NCBI GenBank assembly: GCA_964567045.1
Contig: CAZMLE010000015.1
Coordinates: 225-64,224 of the forward strand
Length of the DNA stretch: 64,000 nt
Direction of reading: 5' to 3'
Source: an uncultured Pirellulales bacterium
GTDB lineage: Bacteria; Planctomycetota; Phycisphaerae; Sedimentisphaerales; Anaerobacaceae
The notes beneath the pieces are model-generated. The model saw only the letters and a list, made by a program, of their open reading frames with translations. It did not search any database and was not told where the DNA came from. How positions within the stretch are numbered: position 1 is the first letter of the stretch; each line of letters opens with the position of its first letter. Position numbers and translations under genes: made by a program. This document shows, piece by piece, positions 54,335 to 63,315 of this stretch.

Positions 54335-56131
54335 CTACACCATTCCCACGTTGTCACCGTGTTGGTTGCCCTTATTTTTATGAACGCATCGCAGAAAGCC
54401 GGTTCCATCCTGGTCTGCTTTTAGCCGGCCCTTTTCTTTTTGAGCATCGTATCGCTGCAGCACATTCAGAGCCCCTGCCAGGCGACTCTCAAAATTGCCC
54501 TTCTGCTGCCCAGCATCCGCTAACTCGGCGATACATTTACCCAGCTCGACCGATTCAGCTTTTGCCAAAACTGCCTTTAGCGGGGCGTCAATATCGGCAC
54601 TTAGCGTCTCAAACAGTATCTCCGCCGTTTGCCTCAATATCGGTACATCGAAGGTCTCTGCTGTAGTTTTCTGCTTTACAGCCTCAAACAGTTTCGGCTC
54701 ATTCAGCAAAACCTCAAGGACCTCGCGTTGAGCTACGGCAAAAAGCCCCTGTCCGTAATCTATGGGCGGCTCTTTGGGTTTATCTTGGTTGTTTATTCGG
54801 GTTTTGGCCAGCCTGCCGATCCTTCTTCGCAGCTCAGCGTTTATCTCTTTACTACCCAGGCCGATAATCCCGGCAAGCCGATTTACCAGCAGCCCCGTGT
54901 CTATGGTAGACAAATTGCCCGCCCATAAGCCGGTAGCTATCGCCTGCAAAAACTCCTCGACCGCCAATTTTCTGCCGACAAGAGTATCATCGCTGCCGAA
55001 ACTGGCCACCAGCCGATTCCACTTAAATTCCAAAACGTCGACCGCTCCAACCACCAACTGCTGGAATGCCTCTTTTCCGGCAGCCAACAGAAAGTCGCAG
55101 GGGTCCTTTCCCTGCGGCACCGAGGCCAGCTTGATATCTATATGCTGCGACAAACAAACCTCCAGCGCCCTGTTGGCCGCTTCGATGCCCGCAGCATCAT
55201 TGTCGAAGACCAGGACTACTTTCTTCGCGTATCGGCGTAAGATTCGCCCGTGCCCATCGGTGAAACTCGTTCCCAGAGCGGCAACGACATTGCCGCATCC
55301 GAACTGGTGTGCCATTATGCAGTCGGTGTAACCTTCAACCACAACCGCCACGCCCGTCGATACGATCTCGTGCCGGGCCTGCTCCAGGCCGTAAAGGCAG
55401 TTGCTCTTGTCAAATAGAGGCGTGGCCGGCGAATTTATGTACTTAGCACCTTCGCCATCCAGTATTCGACCGCCGAAGCCGATCACCCTGCCCGTAACAT
55501 CGGTAATCGTAAACATCAAGCGATTAACAAACTTATCCTGATTTCCAGCCGTGATTAAACCTGCCTGTTCCAGCAGTTTAACCGGGATATTCCTGGCCTT
55601 CGCGGCTCTCAATAAGGCGTCTTGCGAATCAACAGCCAAACCTATCTGCCATTTTCTGGCACTTTCGGCGCTTATCTGCCTTTGAGCGATGTAATCGCGG
55701 GCGTTTTTACCCTTGTTTTGGTCGGCCAGATTCTTCTGGAAGTATTTAGCCGCCCAGGCATTGACTCTAGCCACCTCGTTCGGGTCGATGTCCGTTGACT
55801 GCTGGCTGGTGCCCTTGACAGATTTGGCAGGCTTTAATTTTATGCCCGCGCGGTCGGCTAATCTTTGCACAGCCTGCGGGAAAGTCAGATTTTCCCGCAT
55901 CTGGATAAAAGTAAAGATTCCCCCGCCTGCGCCGCAGGCAAAACACTTGTATATCTGCTTGGCTGGATTGACATTCAGACTCGGGCGATGGTCATCGTGG
56001 AACGGGCACAGTCCGATCATCTCCCTGCCTTTTCTTTTCAGGCTGACGTGCTCGCCGATGACGTCCACGATGTCGTTGGCCTGCTGAACCTGATTAATTA
56101 TTGCCTGGTCGAATGCTCCGGATATTGCCAC
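54335..56131 (-). CDS. dnaG: DNA primase
   Basis: CHC2 zinc finger CPFHDDHRPSLNV..YKCFACGAGG. TOPRIM VVVEGYTDCI..VLVFDNDAAG. Upstream of rpoD, as in the classical operon. Confidence 0.95.
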   Translation of the reverse strand: MAISGAFDQAIINQVQQANDIVDVIGEHVSLKRKGREMIGLCPFHDDHRPSLNVNPAKQIYKCFACGAGGGIFTFIQMRENLTFPQAVQRLADRAGIKLKPAKSVKGTSQQSTDIDPNEVARVNAWAAKYFQKNLADQNKGKNARDYIAQRQISAESARKWQIGLAVDSQDALLRAAKARNIPVKLLEQAGLITAGNQDKFVNRLMFTITDVTGRVIGFGGRILDGEGAKYINSPATPLFDKSNCLYGLEQARHEIVSTGVAVVVEGYTDCIMAHQFGCGNVVAALGTSFTDGHGRILRRYAKKVVLVFDNDAAGIEAANRALEVCLSQHIDIKLASVPQGKDPCDFLLAAGKEAFQQLVVGAVDVLEFKWNRLVASFGSDDTLVGRKLAVEEFLQAIATGLWAGNLSTIDTGLLVNRLAGIIGLGSKEINAELRRRIGRLAKTRINNQDKPKEPPIDYGQGLFAVAQREVLEVLLNEPKLFEAVKQKTTAETFDVPILRQTAEILFETLSADIDAPLKAVLAKAESVELGKCIAELADAGQQKGNFESRLAGALNVLQRYDAQKEKGRLKADQDGTGFLRCVHKNKGNQHGDNVGMV

Positions 56132-56373
56132 TTGTCCTTTGGCCCCCTTTTCGCATCCTGCGTTTGGATTTCTCTCCCACCCCTAATATTTTTACCGTTT
56201 AGTACGGCTTTGAGTTCGTTTTTACCCACCTCGGTCCGCGGGCTGCTAACGAGGTTACTAAATAAATATGGCCCAAGAACCGGAAAAGTCAAGCCGCCGC
56301 AAAAAACCCCGCTTTTAGCACCGCTAAGGCGATTCTCCCCCGTTTGGACACTTGGTCAAATAAGACACATCTC

Positions 56374-56443
56374 GCTGCTCGATGCTCGATACTCGATGCC
56401 AGATACGAGATACGAGTCACGGGTCACGGGCAACGAGCGAGGT
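56374..56443 (+). repeat. Heptanucleotide tandem array, TACGA class, degenerate (about 10 units)
   Basis: GCTGCTC GATGCTC GATACTC GATGCCA GATACGA GATACGA GTCACGG GTCACGG GCAACGA GCGAGGT. Confidence 0.75.
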
Positions 56444-56569
56444 CGAAGGACTTCACGAGATGCGAGCCACGAAATAGATCCTGTAGGGTATGCTCTGCAT
56501 ACCAGTCATGTAGTCCTGTAGGATATGCTGTGCATACCAAAAAACATTTCAATTTCGCACACCAAATTG

Positions 56570-57145
56570 TTATTCTCCGACACTGCTTTGAATATCGCGG
56601 AAATCCGGCGGCTCTATATTTTTTGTGGCGCAATCGCACAGCCAATCGATTTTGTAATATCCTTGCCTTACCCATTGGTGGAAACTCGAATGTGGCCAAA
56701 GATGTGGACACGCCACCAGCTTGTGTTTGACCGGATTATAATGGATGTAGTTGACGTGCTTGATCAAGTCATCTTCGCTTCTTATGGTATGCTCCCAGAA
56801 CCGTCTCTGCCATACGCCTTTCTCGCGAAATTTTTCGCGATAAGCAGGAATGGCACCTTCGCGGCCGCCTGCCATAAGCCAGGACTGAGTAAACCCTTTC
56901 TTTATGCACGACCAGCGGACGGAGAAATCTGCATCGTCCTCGGGTAGTCTCCATACACAACGCAGATGGTCAGGCATAAGTACCATAGCCAGGACATCGA
57001 AAGGCCTGTCCGCTTGCACCTGGCGGATCGATTGACGCAGGAACGAGCGGGCTTGGGAATCCTGAAATATCTTCAGACGGTTATGGGTGACAAGCGTAAA
57101 GAAGAACGTTCCACCCGGCTGATATACGCGACGATAATCCGGCAT
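56570..57145 (-). CDS. REP-associated tyrosine transposase (IS200/IS605-like Y1), copy 1, HUH motif degenerate
   Basis: GGTFFFT..DVLAMVLMPDHLRCVW (H-L-R instead of H-x-H)..RRFWEH..YIHYNPVKH. 191 aa. Confidence 0.85.
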   Translation of the reverse strand: MPDYRRVYQPGGTFFFTLVTHNRLKIFQDSQARSFLRQSIRQVQADRPFDVLAMVLMPDHLRCVWRLPEDDADFSVRWSCIKKGFTQSWLMAGGREGAIPAYREKFREKGVWQRRFWEHTIRSEDDLIKHVNYIHYNPVKHKLVACPHLWPHSSFHQWVRQGYYKIDWLCDCATKNIEPPDFRDIQSSVGE

Positions 57146-57259
57146 AACGTCAGTCCAGTCTCCTGCCGTTCATAAAAATGGTATGCACAGCATACCCTAC
57201 AAGCTTTCTATATTTTATTAGGCGCGTCTTTGTACAATGCCTTGTGCAAACAATAGAAA

Positions 57260-57643
57260 CTATTCATCTCTTTTAATGTCAATACCTCTGACGCATGCGA
57301 GCATATATAGAACTTCTGGGTCAGCACAGACCAGCTTTCTGATTTTTCGAGAAAGTCCTACTTGGTCGGACGCGCTACGCCGAACTTCTACTTCTGTTAT
57401 CTTTCCACTGGCGAGCAAAACGGGCAATGCAGCATAGACATCCACCCCAATAAGGCAAGGTTCGTTGAGAAGCTGTTGTTGTATTTCTCTGACCTCACCT
57501 ACTGTCAGATTGTCATCCATTGCAAAGACAGGGCCCATAGGTGAAGGGCGAATATCAAAATCGTACTTCTCGAGGACTACCTCGCGTATCTTGCGGTGGT
57601 CGTAAACATTAGACCACCTGAAAAGCTTGTTTAAGAAGTTCAT
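57260..57643 (-). CDS. Hypothetical protein (127 aa) between the two RAYT genes
   Basis: ORF only. No recognised motif. Confidence 0.4.
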   Translation of the reverse strand: MNFLNKLFRWSNVYDHRKIREVVLEKYDFDIRPSPMGPVFAMDDNLTVGEVREIQQQLLNEPCLIGVDVYAALPVLLASGKITEVEVRRSASDQVGLSRKIRKLVCADPEVLYMLACVRGIDIKRDE

Positions 57644-57731
57644 GAGTGCATTTCTCTTTCTGTACCTTACCGTGCTGCTCTACACGCCGAGCGTGTAGGT
57701 GCGAGTACAGCTGTTGGTCCTTATTCATAAT

Positions 57732-57773
57732 TCGTATCGCGTATCGCGTGAAGCATATCTCATATTTCGTTCG
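57732..57773 (-). repeat. Heptanucleotide tandem array, TACGA class, reverse orientation (about 6 units)
   Basis: TCGTATC GCGTATC GCGTGAA GCATATC TCATATT TCGTTCG. Confidence 0.65.
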
Positions 57774-57909
57774 GATTCCGCAACCAATTCTGGCCGTTGC
57801 CAGAGCAGCAACGGCTAAACATAGAAAACAAACGATATTATGGTCGGGATTGTCGGAAAAAACAAGAAAAAATCATGTAGGGTATGCTGTGCATACCACT
57901 TGAAAATCT

Positions 57910-58485
57910 TCATTCTCCGACATTATCTGGTATGTCGCTGAAATCCGGTGGTTTCACCCGCTGCTTGTCGCAATCACACAGCCAATCGATTTTGTAATAT
58001 CCTTCTCGTACCCATCGGTGGAAACTGGAATACGGCCATACGTGCGGGCAGGTCGCAAGATTGTGTTTGACCGGATTGTAATGAATGTAATTGACGTGCC
58101 TGATCAGGTCATTGTCATCTCTTATCAGATGCTCCCAGAACCGTCTCTGCCATACACCTTTCTCGCGCAGCTTGTCCCGATATGCTGGAATGGGTCCTTC
58201 TCGAGCGCCTGCTTTTAGCCAGGATTGAGTAAACGCTTTCTTTATGCAGGACCAGCGGACAGAGAACTCAGCATCATCGTCAGGCAGCTTCCAAATACAA
58301 TGCAGATGGTCCGGCAATAGCACCATAGCCAGCACATCAAAAGGCTTTTGTGCCTGTACTGTGCGGATCGACTGGCGCAGCAAATGCCGGGCGTGATGAT
58401 TCTGAAATATCCTCATACGTTCGTGTGTGACAACCGTAAAAAAGAACGTCCCGCCCGGCTGATATACGCGACGATAATTCGGCAT
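57910..58485 (-). CDS. REP-associated tyrosine transposase (IS200/IS605-like Y1), copy 2, motifs intact
   Basis: DVLAMVLLPDHLHCIW (HUH intact)..RRFWEH..YIHYNPVKH. 144/191 positions identical to copy 1 in my gapless manual alignment. Confidence 0.85.
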   Translation of the reverse strand: MPNYRRVYQPGGTFFFTVVTHERMRIFQNHHARHLLRQSIRTVQAQKPFDVLAMVLLPDHLHCIWKLPDDDAEFSVRWSCIKKAFTQSWLKAGAREGPIPAYRDKLREKGVWQRRFWEHLIRDDNDLIRHVNYIHYNPVKHNLATCPHVWPYSSFHRWVREGYYKIDWLCDCDKQRVKPPDFSDIPDNVGE

Positions 58486-58589
58486 AACCGATAATTTATC
58501 CCTATCAACACGTCATCTCACAGAAATGGTATGCAAAGCATACCCTACATCCGGTAAACGCTGGAATCATAAACGCCGAAGGAAATCAT

Positions 58590-59969
58590 TCAATCACGTA
58601 GGGTATGATCCGCATACCGAATCGTTTGGTCTTTCTTAAAAAATTCCTTAGTCAAGCCGAAGACAACCGGGCCTAAAAATAGTAAGGCGATCAAATTGGG
58701 TATGGCCATTAGTCCATTTAATGTGTCGGCAAGGGTCCAAACGGCCTCTAACTTTCCTAACGAGCCGAGCATAATTGGCACAAGCCACAGAATCCTATAA
58801 ACTCCCCTCGCCCTTGCGCCGAAAAGATAAGCCGAGCAGGTCTCGCCATAAAACCCCCACGCAAGTATAGTATCATAAGCAGTCAGCACCATACATAGAA
58901 CAACAATAGAAAAGCCAACCTTCGTGCCAAATACCGTTTCGAAAGCCGACATAGTAAGCAATGAACCGGTAGAGCCAGACTTCCACACGCCCGTAATTAA
59001 GATAGCCAAAGCGGTGGCGGAACAGATGATAATTGTATCGATAAATACCTCAAAGATGCCCCATAGCCCTTGCCGCACCGGATGGTCGGTCTGGGCGGTA
59101 GCATGAGCAATAGAGGCGGAACCCAATCCGGCTTCATTACTAAATACGCCTCTGGCAATACCCCAGCGAATCGCCGCTCTGACGCCGGCGCCTGCAAATC
59201 CGCCGGTCGCAGCAATAGGTGTAAGCGCCGACTTAAAAATTAAAATTAGAGTCTCAGGCAATCTATAAATATTCAGAAATATGATGATAACCGCCGCAAA
59301 AAAATAGATGATACACATGAACGGAACACAAACCATAGCCACATTGGCGATGCGTTTTATTCCGCCAACGGTAACTAAACCAACCGCCAGGATAAGGAGT
59401 ATTCCGGTAATAAGCTTGGGGATGTTAAATTCCGCTAATCCTATGGCCACGGAGTTGGCCTGGGCCATATTCCCTGCGCCAAATGCTGCTAATCCGCCTG
59501 AAACCGCGAACATCACCGCAAGAAACTTAAAGTTTTTGCCCAGCCCGCGTTCGATGTACATCATCGGTCCGCCGAGCATCGGACCTGTTGCCTGGCGTGT
59601 CCGATATGCTATTCCTAAGACCACCTCGGCGAACTTTGTCGCCATCCCGACCAATCCCGACACCCACATCCAGAATATTGCCCCTGGCCCTCCCAAGGCG
59701 ATAGCGGTAGCCACCCCCGCTATATTTCCGACGCCGACCGTGCCGGCCAGCGCCGTACTCAATGCGGCAAATGGACTAATATCTCCTTCCGCACCCTTTC
59801 TTTTTTTCCTGGCAAGGGTCTCTTTGAGCACCGCTGAGAACTTGCGAAATTGAACAAGGCCCGTGCCCAGCGTCAGATAGACCCCTATACCCACGATAGC
59901 AATGATCATCGGCGGGCCCCAGATAAAGTTGTCATTCAACCACAAATTGATTTCAAATATCCGGTTCAA
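58590..59969 (-). CDS. Alanine/glycine:cation symporter (AGCS family)
   Basis: NDNFIWGPPMIIAIVGIGVYLT..ISPFAALSTALAGTVGVGNIAGVATAI..SNEAGLGSA motifs. Start set to TTG 59969 (GTGAGGT SD 7 nt upstream). The last codons run into a REP. Confidence 0.8.
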   Translation of the reverse strand: MNRIFEINLWLNDNFIWGPPMIIAIVGIGVYLTLGTGLVQFRKFSAVLKETLARKKRKGAEGDISPFAALSTALAGTVGVGNIAGVATAIALGGPGAIFWMWVSGLVGMATKFAEVVLGIAYRTRQATGPMLGGPMMYIERGLGKNFKFLAVMFAVSGGLAAFGAGNMAQANSVAIGLAEFNIPKLITGILLILAVGLVTVGGIKRIANVAMVCVPFMCIIYFFAAVIIIFLNIYRLPETLILIFKSALTPIAATGGFAGAGVRAAIRWGIARGVFSNEAGLGSASIAHATAQTDHPVRQGLWGIFEVFIDTIIICSATALAILITGVWKSGSTGSLLTMSAFETVFGTKVGFSIVVLCMVLTAYDTILAWGFYGETCSAYLFGARARGVYRILWLVPIMLGSLGKLEAVWTLADTLNGLMAIPNLIALLFLGPVVFGLTKEFFKKDQTIRYADHTLRD

Positions 59970-60114
59970 TGCACTTACCTCACTTTCCCATTGATTGGCC
60001 TGTTGAGAAACCTTAAACGCAACACCTAAGGGACACAAGGCAGGTAGTATATAGCATGTGCGCATGGCATGACAAAATATTTTTGCCCAGAAGAAATGGT
60101 GTGCAAGGCACACT

Positions 60115-60900
60115 CTACTTTAAGCCGAAAAACGCTCTGCTGGTGGCGGTTAGCGCCTGGGCTAAATCTTCTAAGTCCATCTGCTTTAGCTCGGCTAAGA
60201 AACGGGCGGTGTGAATCATAAGGGCAGGCTCGTTCACCTTCTGCCTTCGCATCGGCTCCGGCGACATATAGGGCGAGTCCGTCTCCAGCATCAATCTATC
60301 CACCGGCACAATCCTGGCGGCCTCCTGCTTTATATGGGCGTTCTTGAATGTCACCACGCCGGTAAAAGATATATAAAAGCCTTTGTCCAGAACGACCTTT
60401 GCCTGCTCAGCCGAGCCGCTAAAACAATGAAAAACGACTTTCTCAACAGTGCTTCGATGCTCGTTCAGGATTTGCATAGTCTCATCGAAGGCCTCTCTGC
60501 AATGGATAATAACCGGCAGCCCTAATTCGCCGGCAATTTTCAGGTGCTCGGCAAAACCCTCTTTTTGCTGCTGCCGCGGTGAGAAATCGTAATGATAGTC
60601 CAGCCCTGTTTCGCCGATGGCCACAACCTTTTTGTGCTGGGCTATCTTTTTCAGTTCGGCGAGCATCTGAGCGGTTACGGTTTTGGCATCGTGCGGATGG
60701 ATGCCGACAGCGGCGTACATATTCTCAAACCGCTCCGCAAATTCTATGGCCTTTCGGTTTTCCTGCGGGTCGGTGCCTATGGTTATCCACTCGGTGACAC
60801 CCGCAGCAATGCTGCGGGCTAAAACGCCGTCAATATCCTGCGCCAAATCCTCAAACGTCAAATGACAATGCGTATCAATCAACTTCACCGCCGACCTCAC
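60115..60900 (-). CDS. TatD-family metal-dependent hydrolase
   Basis: IDTHCHL, GETGLDY, IHCR and ETDSPY motifs. Confidence 0.9.
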   Translation of the reverse strand: MRSAVKLIDTHCHLTFEDLAQDIDGVLARSIAAGVTEWITIGTDPQENRKAIEFAERFENMYAAVGIHPHDAKTVTAQMLAELKKIAQHKKVVAIGETGLDYHYDFSPRQQQKEGFAEHLKIAGELGLPVIIHCREAFDETMQILNEHRSTVEKVVFHCFSGSAEQAKVVLDKGFYISFTGVVTFKNAHIKQEAARIVPVDRLMLETDSPYMSPEPMRRQKVNEPALMIHTARFLAELKQMDLEDLAQALTATSRAFFGLK

Positions 60901-62188
60901 GTGTGCAATCGATGATTATGTTGTCAACCATTTCTCCTGCTTTTATATGTATCACTGTTGACAGTATACTTTCGTAGTCGCCTACCTGCGGGACATAAAA
61001 CTTATCGGTGGACTTGGAAAAAGGTTTGGTCTTGTCCAACACGGCTTTCATCCAGTATTCGCCTGGGGTGACCCCTGTAATGCCGAATGGGAATTTCTGA
61101 GTATGTTCCAGGTCGTAGTTTCTAAGACTATAATCGCTGAAAGAGACTGCCAAACGCTGAACCGGGGGCTGTTTGTGCCATTGGTCTTTTGGCACCGTAC
61201 CTGGGACAAGATAAATCCACAACGTTGCTCTATTTGGGTCATCCGTTTTGGGCAATGTAACTATGCCCTCAAGCTTGCCCAGATGGTAAAGCGGCGGATG
61301 TGGCAAACCGGGTTGGGCGGTAGGTTTTCCATCCCACTTCGCCAAGATCTGTTCTGCCACCAAGCGCTTGCGGGAGGAAGAAGTGCATCGAAGCAAACGC
61401 CATGCACGCTGGTCTTGTGTTGGCATCTTCTTACTTGAAAAGCTGTTGGATTCACCGAAGTTTTCATCTGAAAGCAGTTTTTCAATCAGGGGGCGGTCAT
61501 CAGGATTTTTTAGTTCTCCCAAGAAATTATATGGATACCAATAGTATGGTGTTGCAGCCTCAATTTCTCTCAGGGCCCAGAGCCGGGCCTTTTCGTTCCA
61601 ACGCTCGACCATCTTCTCATTCATTTTGACTTCTTCGCCGGTGCTTACCTCCCACGCCAGCCAGCGGTTGCCATAAAGAAGCCGAGCACAGAAGCACAGG
61701 TGTCCGCCATAATCGTCAAGAAACATCGGCCTATAAGCCCACTGTCTGCCCGAAACGGTGCGCGAGAACAACTTCGTAAATTCTCGTTCATCAATATCGT
61801 CAGGATAATGCAATATCTGCTCTAATGAATAGTTTTTGATCACTCCTGCTTTATTATAGAAAGCTATGACATAGTCGCCAAAACCACCGTGAACGCGGCT
61901 GTTGTTCTCGTTGACCGTGACCACGTACCGACCGTCATCAGTAACAAAAACATCCTGCGGAGCGCCCTCATTGCCTAAGGTGCACTGCCAACTGATCCAC
62001 CCTTCCAGACCGCGAACGAGGAAAACCTTGAGTGTTGCCGGGCTCTTGTCTTTAGCAGGAGTCACCTGTGCGACAAACTGCTTGTTCTGCGATAAGTAAA
62101 GTTGCTCAACCGGCCTTGCCCACGTATCTGCATAGGTAACTCTGGCCAACGTAATAACCACAAGTACAAGAACAAGTATCGTTTTCAT
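60875..62188 (-). CDS. Secreted hypothetical protein
   Basis: Signal peptide MKTILVLVLVVITLARVTYA from ATG 62188. No recognised domain. Confidence 0.55.
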   Translation of the reverse strand: MKTILVLVLVVITLARVTYADTWARPVEQLYLSQNKQFVAQVTPAKDKSPATLKVFLVRGLEGWISWQCTLGNEGAPQDVFVTDDGRYVVTVNENNSRVHGGFGDYVIAFYNKAGVIKNYSLEQILHYPDDIDEREFTKLFSRTVSGRQWAYRPMFLDDYGGHLCFCARLLYGNRWLAWEVSTGEEVKMNEKMVERWNEKARLWALREIEAATPYYWYPYNFLGELKNPDDRPLIEKLLSDENFGESNSFSSKKMPTQDQRAWRLLRCTSSSRKRLVAEQILAKWDGKPTAQPGLPHPPLYHLGKLEGIVTLPKTDDPNRATLWIYLVPGTVPKDQWHKQPPVQRLAVSFSDYSLRNYDLEHTQKFPFGITGVTPGEYWMKAVLDKTKPFSKSTDKFYVPQVGDYESILSTVIHIKAGEMVDNIIIDCTREVGGEVD

Positions 62189-62292
62189 TGTATAAACCCT
62201 TCGAAGACGGGCCCGAGGGATTCCTGCCTTACCGTTATTATAGACGCGAAAAACCGGCAAAAAGTTTACAGGATTTTCTTGCTATAAGGTAT

Positions 62293-62317
62293 GCCAGTCG
62301 CCGGCACGGCGACGGCC
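62293..62317. repeat. GC-rich palindrome of the GCCGTCGCCG family
   Basis: GTCGCCG-gca-CGGCGAC with flanking GCC/GGC. Lies 7 nt downstream of the yraN stop on the minus strand. Confidence 0.55.
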
Positions 62318-62323
62318 AACCGG

Positions 62324-62689
62324 TTATAGTACAAAAGCATTTTCATAGTGCCTTACTTGCTCGCGGCCAGTTCGGCCCAGCACGATTGTCACCACGTCAA
62401 AGCGAAAGGGGCGGTCCTCTATGTGATGAGCAGCGAGAAAATAGCGTGCCGTCCGAAACAGTCTTTGTCTCTTGGGCTGTGTTACGGTCTCCTCAGGCGG
62501 GCCAAAACTTTCATCCGCTTTCGTTCTAACCTCGACGAAAACGATTGAGCCATCGCCATCGACCATGACCAGGTCGATCTCGCCGGCCTTGCAGGAAAAG
62601 TTTCGGGTGAGCGTTTTGAGGCCTTTGCTTTTGAGAATCTTCTCTCCTCGTTTTTCGCCCCATCGGCCGAGCAGCTTACGATCGGACAA
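62324..62689 (-). CDS. yraN: YraN-family (UPF0102) endonuclease-like protein
   Basis: GRWGEKRGEKILKSKGLK..NFSCKAGEIDLVMVDGDGSIVFVEVRT is the typical family pattern. Confidence 0.85.
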   Translation of the reverse strand: MSDRKLLGRWGEKRGEKILKSKGLKTLTRNFSCKAGEIDLVMVDGDGSIVFVEVRTKADESFGPPEETVTQPKRQRLFRTARYFLAAHHIEDRPFRFDVVTIVLGRTGREQVRHYENAFVL

Positions 62690-62716
62690 TAGTTTACGCC
62701 GGTTAAGCAGCAGATT

Positions 62717-62751
62717 TCGTATATCGTATATCGTATTTCGTATCTCGTTAT
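62717..62751 (-). repeat. Heptanucleotide tandem array, TACGA class, reverse orientation (5 units)
   Basis: TCGTATA TCGTATA TCGTATT TCGTATC TCGTTAT. Abuts the rplS stop codon. Confidence 0.8.
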
Positions 62752-63116
62752 TTAGAGACGGTGTGCTCGCTGTGGCGTTGAGTCAGCTTGACGGCCTTGC
62801 CGGTTCGCTTGCGAAGATAATAAAGTTTTGCCCGCCTTGTCCTGCCACTCCGAGTAGGCTTAATGTCCATAATATTGGGCGAATGAAGAGGGAAGATTCT
62901 CTCCACCCCCTCGCTGCCCACCATTCGCCGGACGGTGAACATCTCATTGATTCCCCGGCCTTTGCGGGCGATTACCGTGCCGCTGAACACTTGAATCCGC
63001 TCTTTGTCACCTTCCTTGATCTTGCAACGGACGTCTACCACATCGCCTATCTCGAAGTAGGGCACTTTTTTCTTCAGGCTTTTGCTTTCAACGGCATCCA
63101 ACATTTCGGTCTTCAT
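62748..63116 (-). CDS. rplS: 50S ribosomal protein L19
   Basis: FEIGDVVDVRCKIKEGDKERIQVFSGTVIARKGRGINEMFTVRR..GVERIFPLHSP..RRAKLYYLR. Confidence 0.95.
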   Translation of the reverse strand: MKTEMLDAVESKSLKKKVPYFEIGDVVDVRCKIKEGDKERIQVFSGTVIARKGRGINEMFTVRRMVGSEGVERIFPLHSPNIMDIKPTRSGRTRRAKLYYLRKRTGKAVKLTQRHSEHTVSK

Positions 63117-63315
63117 CGGTCTATCTCCTGTCTACCTGGCGATTCGAGGCTGCTCGGCTGCAAACCGCTCTGCAGAACGCAGCATTGGATTTGCCAGCAG
63201 CCGCTCGCCGCAGTAAACGCGGTAATATATCTATTTTTTGTTTAGACAACAAGCCTTTTTTGCAGAAACTTGGCCTTTTCAGCATAGGGCGACCATTCCT
63301 TCTACCTACTGTTGG

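Larger units (their letters stand above)
56483..58618. mobile_element. Tandem REPtron: two RAYT genes, each bracketed by inverted REP hairpins
   Basis: REPs GTAGGGTATGCnnnGCATACC at 56483-56503, 56518-56538 (GTAGGATATGC variant), 57877-57897 and 58598-58618 (forward). Reverse copies at 57180-57200 and 58528-58548. Confidence 0.8.

Noticed and set aside
54762-56521. Plus-strand ORFs 54762-55331 and 55865-56521 overlapping dnaG
   Set aside because: They lie antisense to dnaG. The second also runs through the heptamer array and REPs.
59308-59853. 181-aa plus-strand ORF inside the symporter gene
   Set aside because: It lies antisense to a gene with clear AGCS motifs.
59970-60114. Possible glycine riboswitch upstream of the alanine/glycine symporter
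   Set aside because: Reading the 145-nt leader, I found no glycine-riboswitch-like conserved cores. There is only a short hairpin GTGTGC-ctt-GCACAC (a likely tatD terminator) and a weak promoter-like TTGTCA..TATATA. An Rfam scan would settle it.
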